Positions 23,605 through 34,400 of a stretch of 43,965 nt of DNA are shown here, piece by piece (positions within the stretch are counted from its first letter, which is position 1; each line of letters opens with the position of its first letter). Both the position numbers and the translations under genes were made by a program. The stretch lies in NCBI GenBank assembly GCA_002633005.1, contig NMRA01000015.1, positions 1,302,346 through 1,346,310 of the forward strand, in the 5' to 3' direction. The DNA comes from Phoronis australis. Taxonomy: Eukaryota > Animalia > Phoronida. Below the pieces are notes generated by a model, which saw nothing but the letters and a program-made list of their open reading frames with translations, did no database searches and was not told the origin of the DNA.

Positions 23605-25356
23605 AACCATGACCTGTTTACACTCAACTTCCAAGAACAAAATGGAACTGTACAAAGACGACAATGTCGGAATGAACGTCTGTGTGGTGGTTAGCTGTAT
23701 GACGTAATAACGCGCATATTCCATACATCGACACGGTAACTGGTTCAGGCTTGGACGCTGACGACTCCCCAGCGATTTCTCGAACAGTGGAGACAATAGT
23801 TGTTGCGTAAAGTGTTCGAATTGAGCGAAAAAACAAGCCACGTGGTCACCAGAACAACATTCCAATAATTGTACGGCCAAGAAAGGAGCTAAAGAGACCC
23901 GCCCATTGTTGTCTAAACAAAAGGGTCGGGTGAGAAGGATAACCCTTCACTGCCATAGTCACACCAACCTTAGACCGGGATGACGTGCACGCACTTCGCA
24001 ACCGGTCAGAGTAGAACTCGACGACATTAATAAGTGCTAGGTAGTTCTAGTGCGATAATAGCCTTTCACGGCGATCTGCCACGAACATTGAAACGTGAGT
24101 TGCAGGATGCCAGGAAAAGAAGTCCTTTGAAAGTACTTCAGAAAAGCTTAGCTTTTGTGTTTGTTCGTGAAAAGGAATTAAATCTAATACTGAATTGGTT
24201 GTTACGCTCCATACAACTATTTGTAACAGATAAATCTCACTTTGGCAAAACTAAATGTCTGAGAATATGGCCGTTACTTCTAATTACCGAGATAATTTGT
24301 ATAAATTATTTCTAGGCTGCGAGACGCTAATAATAACATGGCTAATCAAGAAATTGTGAGGTGGCAGCGTAATACCAAATTTCTGTTTTAAGTCTTTTAA
24401 GACTTAAAAGTCCCTTTTGACGAAACAGACCCGTTGTAATTGGTTTGTTTGGGCAATTTTGTAACCACAAGCTCAACAAACAACACAAGAAAATGAAACA
24501 AATGACCAAAGACGTGAGATCTGACTGAAAAGTTACCATCCTTTCGCAAGGGAGGCCAAAAGATTTACCTACTTCAGGCTCCATTTGAACGCGCAGCTCA
24601 CAAACCTTCAAAAAATCTTTCTCTGCTGTCATGCTAAGAATTATAGGATGACACTTAGCTTACCTTAAAATCCAACTGCTGCCTGGTGGTTTGGCAATTG
24701 GCCCAATTATGTTGCACACCCAGTAGAATTAATGAGCAACATATTATTGAGACATTAAACATTTTAGGTTGTAAAAGTCACATTTCTTGTCAAATTTTGA
24801 AAATTCAAAAGCCTAACAACACGCACTTTCCACGAACTATTAAAATATGCAATTTAAAAACGTTCAAAATAACTTTTGTAGCCCCAGTGTGTTTATGAGG
24901 TGTCTCATTGTCTAGAAAACGATAACACCAGCAGCCTGAGGCGATTTAACTAACCACAACAACATGGTGTCTTTGATCCAAACCGGCAGATTCTGTGGCA
25001 CGCAAACCGGTCGAGTTGCCCAATCTTGTCTGGTTAGAGTGTCAACGTAGGATTCTTTTCACGTAGGCCATACGCAAAATGAGTTTGACGGGGAGCAAGG
25101 CAAACTGTGTCTGCAATAGTCTGGAGACAATATAATATAACCCCTTTCCACATGACCCATTGAGAAACTGAAAAAGATCTTTTAAGCTGTAAATAACTTG
25201 TGCGGGCAAACGCAAATAGGTCCCAGTGTCTTCAGCCAATGAGTATGCGATATGGTGTTACGTCAACACATAAGGCTTGCGTTGCAGGAAGTGACATATC
25301 TCCACAACCCCCGTCTGTTCGTTAGGATCACTGTTACCAGCTGGGCTTCACGGAGT

Positions 25357-25423
25357 TTAGTTACCGTTATACGCTGGATTGGCATACACCATTGGAAAGT
25401 CTGCCTTGGAACTTCTCTTTTTC
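25357..25423 (-). CDS. Lectin gene last coding exon: cytoplasmic tail
   Basis: The ttttccag| phase-2 acceptor matches the TM exon. Encodes (R)KKRSSKADFPMVYANPAYNGN*, with a basic stop-transfer patch and a YxNPxY motif. Confidence 0.8.
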
Positions 25424-28400
25424 CTGGAAAATTCGATATATGAGGATTCAGAACATCCAACTGCAATTCTATAACGTCACTGCATACAACTGATCCTTAA
25501 GGCGAGACTACCATTTTTACATCAATCAGCAGTGGAGCAGATTGGAGTCCACTACCACCGCAGTAGAAGACAAACGCTCTTCAGTTAATCCGAAGTCCTC
25601 GTAGTTATTGTAGCCAAGTATTTTAAGCGTATCAAATGATAAAGACACCGGCACGATTTCAGCAAACATCTGGCAGTTACGATGACAACTGGTTACAATA
25701 AACAAAAAGTTCTATCACACTGGTCAAAGCAAATAGTCCCCCAAAATGCGTTTTTCGGCCGTAAAACCGATAGTGTCTCTTTCATGTCGTGTTTTCAAGA
25801 ACTCACCCTGAGCGGGTCAGAATCGGTATTCATCTTGAGCTAACTAAAGCTACCTAATGGCTGGATGGCTATTAACAAGCATTGCAACTCTCCCTTAGCA
25901 AAATCCATTAATTTTAACTTAAGGTAATGAAAATCGAAATCTATTCCAAAGTAATAATTGATCACTCTGCATTTGGTATCCTGAAGTATTTGTACGAAGA
26001 CGGCAATAGTCACTTCTAGGGGTCCCGCATTTTAAGAACCAATTTTTACATCAAAATACGGAACTCTAGTAAGTAGCTATTACTTCTTACCTCACAAAAA
26101 CGACGATGGCAATGACTAAGAGTATAAGTACTAGTCCTCCGATTACACTGCCCACAATCAATCCAACGGTTTCGTCTATTCAAAACATGGAAATAGAACG
26201 GCGTTATTAGTACAATTTTCATACAGTCAGAAAATTCAGTGGGTACTTGACCCAAATTTAAACAAGAGGTTGTGAAGATGAATACTTTACTTTTGAAAAA
26301 TATCAACCCTGTCGCAAAAACTTCCTCACATCACCTTCACCAGCCCGTACTGGAAATTCACCCAATCGTTGATTTCACCCTTCTCAAGAATTTCTTGACA
26401 GCTTCATTGATCTTTTTACAAATCCCCGAAAATTTTAACTGCGCTTCGATCGCACTAGGAAATAACACATATCTCTTCATCTGTGTCACTTTTTCTTTGG
26501 TTTCCTAGGTAACCACCTCTCAAACTAGACCATCTTATATACCAGCCAGTGCAGCAGCCGACTATATTGCATGTAAGCGACTTATCATTTAATGAAATGT
26601 CTCCTGTTAACGCAGTGGCAATTTTCATGCGCTGACGACTTCAAGCGCTATTATGGAATTCCAAGTATGTCAGTAAGTAACGCGTGGGGTTTGAAATTCC
26701 ATAGCAACGGCTCCTAGCGCATTTAAATGAGTCCGATTAAGTAACAGATTTTCTATTCGCTTACAAAGCGTCCCTATTTAGTCAAACACAAGCTCGTTAC
26801 CATAGATAAAAAGGAGACCCAGGTTGGCCAAATTAGGTCATTTATTGTGACAAAATAAAGTACAAAGAATAGGGATAAAAATAAAATACGATACATGAAA
26901 ATAATAATCTGGTGAAATGGGCAACAAGAGATGCTGAAGACAAGTCATGTCCATCCGCAGGGACCGACGTGAAGAGCCGACGGGAGGAAATTGATGACAA
27001 TGCAGAGCTACTATACCCGAATGTAATCAAAGAAGTCTGGTATTGCTAGAGCACTGTAGGAGTCCGACGTTGAGTTAACAGGAGACTTTCAAATAGCAAT
27101 GTGGCGACTGGTTACGTGGGACCGGATACCAATGCCCTCAAGAGTATGAGAAAGCACTTATAACTTTTATTTAAAACACAACACACGTCTAATTGTAAAA
27201 GGGTCATTTCACGAAGTCAAACTGTTCCCCTATGCCACCTGCTGCGAAGACAAAGCAAGTCCTGCCTCAAATTACATAGTGCTAGGGCCTTGCTAAAAAG
27301 CAAGACTTCGTAAGATTACGTGAGATATCGCCGTGTATTTTAAATGAGAACACGTGACTGTGGTAACACTTAACTATAGGTCCTAGCGTAACTGAACACA
27401 CGCCTGGTAAAGCTTAGTGGCGACATGAGTCATCAGTTCCACGCGATCAGCCCCCATTGCTTCCTGAAAGTTTCCCATTTGTAATTTCCGAAACAAAAGC
27501 CTGGATGTACTGACTATACAACCGCAGAATTATCAATTTCAAACTTTCCTCTTTGAAGTTGCAGTCGTTGGACACAATCACTTATAATTCGAGTACAATA
27601 CTCTTTTGTAGTATATATATACAAAAGACTAAAATAATATAATGATTGAAAGCATACTAACCGGATAACCCACTCTCCCTTCCTTTTTCGTGAGCTGCAA
27701 ATGAAGTCAAATTTTAGTGTTTTTCATGGGCGCACCCAAGGGGGGGGGNNNCCCCCCCCCCCCCCCATTTGGCGAAGTGGGCAAAAAGGTCCGCCTCAGA
27801 GAAACAAAAAGTCTGAGAAAACGAGACAAAAGTCCACTAAACAGGCGTAGACGCACAGTGAAGGTGGTACCCCGTTTTTTTAGTCCTCCCGCTTTTTTGT
27901 CAGTAAAATGTCCACATCGCCAGAAATTCGAGTCCTCCCATATTAAAGGCTGGGTGCGCGCATGTTTTTAAAAAACACCCGCACTATACTCTCTCCAGTT
28001 ATCGCGTACGAAAAGTCGCATATGAAAATCGACAGCTCAGTCATCCGATTGTGACCTACGCTTTCTCCCGAAAAAAGTCGGAGCAAAGTCCACCGAGTTC
28101 CACACAAACGACAAAACGTATACGACTTTTTAAGCACATGTTTAGTCTCATATGATAGGCGTTTATGAAGTCCTACACGATTCATCGGAACGTGCAGACC
28201 AAACAATGATTAAAGAGAGTAAATCCAGACCAAGTGTTTACTACAGTTAACCACTAGAAATTTTGTATACTACCACATTAAAAAACACACGAAATAGGGT
28301 AATTGAATCATGTAGGTGCAGTCGACACGTAAGAACCATTCAGACATATATATTGCACAGTATAATCTACCTATTTCAGTTATGTTCACTTGACAACACA

Positions 28401-31400
28401 AACTTAACATCCCACAGAGGCGTTTGTGATACACACATGGAAAAGTAAACATGGCGAGTCCCTGCGACGTTGTTAACTGGGGTCGCGCCACGTCTGACAA
28501 TACTTGCAGAATATCTACCTGGGGTGGTTGTCTTCGTTAGCTCTTCATCTTCTGCTGAAGTTGTCAGATATGCAGTTATAGTTACGGTTGCAAACTCTTG
28601 GCTTCTAGCTGTAGTTGTTAGCTGTTCAGCTTCTGTTGTCGTCTCAAGTCCCGCTGTTGATAACCCAAACGTCGCATTTCTTGTCGATCCAGTTGCATTC
28701 GGTTGCAAACTTTCGGTCGTATTGATCGTTGACAGCACTACAGATGTCGATTCTTTCTCTGTCGATGACTTATGAACTATCGATGACAGAGTTGTCAAAG
28801 ATTTTTGAGCGGCGGCTGAAATGATTAATTCTAAAAAAATATCAACAAGAAGAGCCAATACAATTTCCCAACCGTTTACTATAAATACTCCTGGTGTAGG
28901 GGTTGCACTAACCACAAACTTTTTTACTTTATGACCCTTATCTTTTGTTTGGGGATTGCAGAGTAACAGAGCCCTTGGCCCAGCACTGCCACATTCTCTC
29001 AAAACAACAAAAGCTGGAGAATTAATCATTTTTATACCTTTAAAGAGTGCATCTGGATAAAGGATCATTGCCTATAAAAAAGGCAAAAGCGATACGTGGT
29101 GTCAAGCATTTAGCGCTTAAGATGTTTAGTTAGTACTGACAATTACTTTTGGCTTTCATTTTCCTTGCTTTTACCAATGACTACATTGACAACATCATTA
29201 AGCCTTACTTTGTAACAGTGCATATCACAACCATGGGTTCAATATCCCAAAAACGAGAATATCGAGGAAAGGTGGCTTTCTTAGCTCTATGGACATGAGT
29301 GTAACGTATGAATGTACCGTACTCAACGCCAGTGTGTCATATCTACCAACAAGCGAGTTTCCTGTAGAAAGTTTTGTCATATCTGCTCTTCTCTGATATC
29401 CCGCGGGAAAGTGAAAAGAGCCACAGCGTTGTCAAATACTGAGTTCGCCACAATCACCACAATGCCTAGCCATGTATACCATAAACAACGAAAAAAACTG
29501 TGAGCAGCAATGTCTGACAACTTTCCACGCTGAACACAATGGAGGATGGTCAATGCCGTGATTGGTTGAAGAGAGTCTACGTAGCATGTATCGACCAATG
29601 AATGCTCGTAACTCGAGAACAGCTAACTAACATATAGTGAGACTGTTTGCAGGTGTTCTCAATTTGAAAGCTTATCGAATGATGGGGTTGTTTTTTCTTT
29701 GTTATTTTTTGATAAGAAGTTTGTGATTTTGAGCACTATAAAGTGAAATTAATGTATCAATTTAAAACCTGGTCAAAACAAATGTCTGACTAACTGAAAT
29801 ACATACCGTACTGGCAAATGGATTTGTATTCGTACGACACCAGCCATTTATTGTGACAGGGATAGTCATGCCACAAAAAGTTGTCTGAAGGAACCATCTG
29901 AACACAGTCTTCGCTCCATAAATGATCGTTGGGCTCGCCCGCCGCCCAGTTGGTAAAACCATTGCCAAGGGCCTCGCCTAAATATAACATAAAGCTTAAA
30001 AAATACAATCATTACACATATCTTGTTTAAAATCGTCCAAAACTACGAGATTACACTTCGATCTATGCACTCCACGTCAACGTTTTTGCAAAAGGCAACG
30101 CTATAGTATCTTACAAGTCTCATAAAGGATGACGTACCACTGGACCACTTCCACACTTCTTCAGTAGTGCGGTCGTTTAACCCAATCCATACACCAGGGG
30201 CGCTTCCCCAACCAAAGTCCTCCAAGGCTTCTTCTATAAACTGTTGTGTAGCGTTGTCTGAGATAGCCACCAGATGTCCCCCGTTGTTCAAACAACCGGT
30301 CTCGGCTGCAACCCACGTTTTTTCCGTGTGCATAAATTCGTAACAAGTTGCACCTCTTTGACGGCTATTGGAACCGTTGCACTCACGCTCGACGCTTGAA
30401 CCTGGACAAAACACAAGTTTAAATCAACGTGAGCTTCAGTAAAATGATTGAAAGTACATAGTTACTACGTATTTTCCCCGAACTTACAACTAGTGCACAG
30501 GTAGGGAGTGATTCATGGCACCGGGTATGAAGCATGCACTTCTATAGCAACTCCATGTTTTGAGCTAGGGATTGTGACTTACCGTTAGACGGCAGCTTTG
30601 CAGACGAGGTTGTTGCGACAATGTCTGTTTGTACAGTTGATAACCATGGTGACGTCACATGACTCTCTGTGGTGGTTTCTGTTGTCGAGTTCATCGTTGC
30701 CGTCTCTACGGCAGTCGACCCCGACATGTTCGTGAACGGCTCAGCTGCTAAAGTATTGGTTGCCGTCACACCACTCTCTGTGGTTACCTCCATAGCTCGG
30801 GTTGTAAATATTAATTCTTCGGTTTCAGTAGATGGTGGCGCTGAAGTTGTCGTGATGGACGCAGTTGATGGTGACGTCACTGTCTCGTGAGTTGAAAATG
30901 CCACAGATTCGGTGGTACTAAGCTCAGGTGAAGAAGACCCAGGCAATAACGTGTCGTTTACAAGGTCTGAAAGGTCATGTTACAGAGTGGTGGATTTAGC
31001 AGAGACATTATTTCACCAAAAGACGCCACACTCCTTAAAAACATGGCTAATGTGTGCTGCATGTTTGCAGCTGCTGTTAACTATTTTCTGCTGTCAAAAC
31101 AACCTAATTTCGTTATTTCTACTCTAAAGTCCTTCTTGCAAACTGCCCATGTGGTTCCAGTATCCGAAAATACTACATAAATTCTTATTTTCGACACCCT
31201 TTCTTTATATTCTTTTCGCCTTTCTTGCCAAAAGCGATTTTTTTAACAGTATTTGACCCTTTTCTCTGAGCGTATGATTACCGGTTGTCATCGGTTATTT
31301 CCGTACCCACATTTCCGGCTCATCAGTTCAGGAACTTGTCCTGAACGCCGCCATTTTTNNNNNNNNNNNNNNNNNNNNNNNNNNNNNNNNNNNNNNNNNN

Positions 31401-34400
31401 NNNNNNNNNNNNNNNNNNNNNNNNNNNNNNNNNNNNNNNNNNNNNNNNNNNNNNNNNNNNNNNNNNNNNNNNNNNNNNNNNNNNNNNNNNNNNNNNNNNN
31501 NNNNNNNNNNNNNNNNNNNNNNNNNNNNNNNNNNNNNNNNNNNNNNNNNNNNNNNNNNNNNNNNNNNNNNNNNNNNNNNNNNNNNNNNNNNNNNNNNNNN
31601 ACTGGTAGCTGGTGACTGAGGCTAACTAAGGTCTGCCGCGGCAGTGTGACACAGGACTAACCAGCCCGTAATTTCATGCAAGTGTCTGAAACTACCCTTG
31701 AATATATGCAGCATTTATCGTTTGACCATTTTACTTCGACAAAACAGCTTGCAACCGCGTGCATTTACCGTTCGCCAGTGTCTGGTCTCGAACCGCACCG
31801 GGTCCGATAGGCTGCGGTACCGAGTCTGGCAAAATAATTTCTGTCAAAATTTATTCGCCACATTTCTTCAGCAAATTCATAAAACTGTCCGTAGTTTGAT
31901 TTTATCAAAATTAAGGCGCGCTGTCGAATTTTTATCCCCGTTTGCTGGCTGGTAACAGTACAAGCACTGCTCCAGTCGCACTGACGGCGTTTTGTCGGCC
32001 TGGGTTCCGGAATGAATTGTACTTCCGGGTTCGCGGCAAGTTCAAAATGGCGGTGTTTCTTCGGGTGCGAATCGTGAGTGGCGCGTTCATTTAAACTGTT
32101 TTCGAGTACGGATCGTGTATCAGTTATGGGGTAGGTACTTCTTGGATCCTTATAACATCTTCTAACCATGTAATAAGGGTTAACAACGCGTGAGAGAAGG
32201 ACTTTAAAGCAGTCGTCGCATACCCGCACTCTGCTGGAATTCAACTTAGCTACAATAAAACGGCTGAATGAATTCCCTTAACTGACGATACTTAGTGGCA
32301 GCTCAAAAAGAGGTTCGCGAAAAGGTGCTTAAAAAGGACCGACAAAAATAGTCTATGGGATGGTTTATTAAAAACTCAAGTGACGGATAGAAATCAATGT
32401 TTATTCCCACGAGTATAGCTCTCTTTCAATGAAATTAACCTGGTAATGGTCCATAGCACCATTTATATTTGAAATTATGCATAATATTTACACCATGCAG
32501 TTCCTACCAAGGTTCTTAGCTACCGCGTTACTTTCTGTTGCGGATGAGATATTGACAGAAAATTGGTTTTTGGGTAATCGCTTCTGGAACAAAAGGAGTA
32601 TCTTAATGCCCACCAAAACTTAGAAAGACCTCGTGGAATGTGTGATAAATACGTGAGTCTCCCTTTTCCTAGATCTAATCTTTCTAGGTTGTTAAGTCGA
32701 TTAATTGAGCTGATCTAGAGTAAATATTTAGTTCTGTTGAGAAGTCTTAGTCATTACTCAAAATCCGAGTGACGTGGATTTGCTTACAAAACCATGTACC
32801 AGGAGAAACTTACCGTATTGACAAATAAATCGATAGGCGGTTGTCCATTTTACACAGTTATAGTCATGCCACTTATAGTTATCATCCAGGCGTATCTGGG
32901 CGCAGTCTTCTTCAAACCATCCGCCGCTTGGTTGTCCGCTGGCCCAGTTACTAAAGCCATCTCCCAATAGCTCACCTAAGAAGGGAATTCATCTTAATTT
33001 TTCAAAGAGTAATGTTCAATGCTTTTTCAGCTAATGTCCTGACACATTAACCAACTTTAGACAACCGAATGAAAGTACAAACTTTAGAGAAGGTAAGAAA
33101 GGTTAATGGCACATTTGGCAGCCCTAAGACTGAGTACGTTACCAGTCGACCATTCCCAAGTGCCTTCCGTGTTGTGATCTCTTAATCCAATCCATATTCC
33201 ACGATTTCTTCCCCAACCTAAGTGTTCCAAAGTTTGTTCTATTAATTGTTGTGTAGCATTATCTCGGATGGCCACCAGATGGCCTCCGTTTCTCGAGCAG
33301 AAGTTCTCCGCCGACTCCCAATTTCTGGTGTACGTAATGACAAACTCGTAACAAACTCCTCCCTGCAGACGAACAGGGTTATCACTTCTTAGCTGTGGAC
33401 ACACTTTCTGCTCTACAGTTGCTGAAAACAAAAAGATATTTGTAGATTGTATTTCATATTACTCTTCACAGATCACAATAGCGATCAGCACACCCAATCT
33501 GACTACAACCCCATAGCGACCAGCATACCAACTATGCGCGCACCCAGCCTTCAATATGGGGGGCTCGAATTCCGGACGTTTTCGACCTTTTGCTAACAAA
33601 AGAGCGGGCGGACTAAAAAAAACGGGGGCACCACTGTGAAGTGTGCGTTTGCGATTATTTTGTCCCATTTTCTTGTACTTTTTATCTCTCAGGGGCGGAC
33701 CTTTTTGCTCACTTCGCCAAATGGGGGAGGGCTCATTCGAGCCCCCCGAGTCCCCCCCGCTGGGTGTGCACATGCCAACTCCGATAACACGATCAAATCC
33801 TACATCAAGGACTTCACTTTTTCTGCCACAGCCACTTGAAGAAGACCAGTAAACCAACCTCGCTCACATCATCAACGTCTACTTCAACAACTTTCCTAAC
33901 ACTCCCACACCCACTCTATAGTGATCAGCACATCCAATCTCACTAAACACCAATACCCTCCTTATCAACTTAACCATCTCCCCCACAGTCAGCCAGTGAT
34001 GATCTATACACCAGCCTCGTTAACAGTATCAACGTCTCTCAACTTCACAATCACTCATACAACGTCGTCATTAAGACCGGCACCCCAGCGTTGCCGACAT
34101 AAACGTCTAGATCAACACATTTGCCATTATCATACCTACCCTACGATGCCCAGCGTCAGCTTCACTAACACTATAATCAAGAACCACCACTCCTGCAGAC
34201 ACCCTTGCGATAACCAATCATACACCAGCCCCATTTATATTATCAACGTCTACATCAACAATTTCATCAGGCCCATTATAACTATTTGATGATGATCAGC
34301 ACATCCAGCCTCGCCATTAGTGGCAAGATACTCAACAACAACATCTCCATCACTCCCACAGCCACCGTATTGTGATCCTCGTCCATCCAAGACGCTGTAT

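Noticed and set aside
26842-27036. Hydrophobic-ended ORF as the lectin's terminal exon
   Set aside because: Nearby acceptors give stops in phase 1. The exons at 26175-26091 and 25423-25357 fit phase and topology much better.
28816-29071. N-terminal part of the 230-aa ORF 28376..29068, or an exon starting at 29071
   Set aside because: The T/S-rich composition begins only after the acceptor at 28815. Phase-1 splicing to 29071 hits a stop after 10 codons.
28470-30890. Val-rich plus-strand ORFs (28470..28775, 30669..30890)
   Set aside because: They are antisense mirrors of the Thr-rich mucin exons.
31765-32244. Similar ORFs at 31765..32244 and 2806..3051 as a gene family
   Set aside because: The similarity comes from the two copies of element A. 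The frames diverge between copies and show no protein motif.
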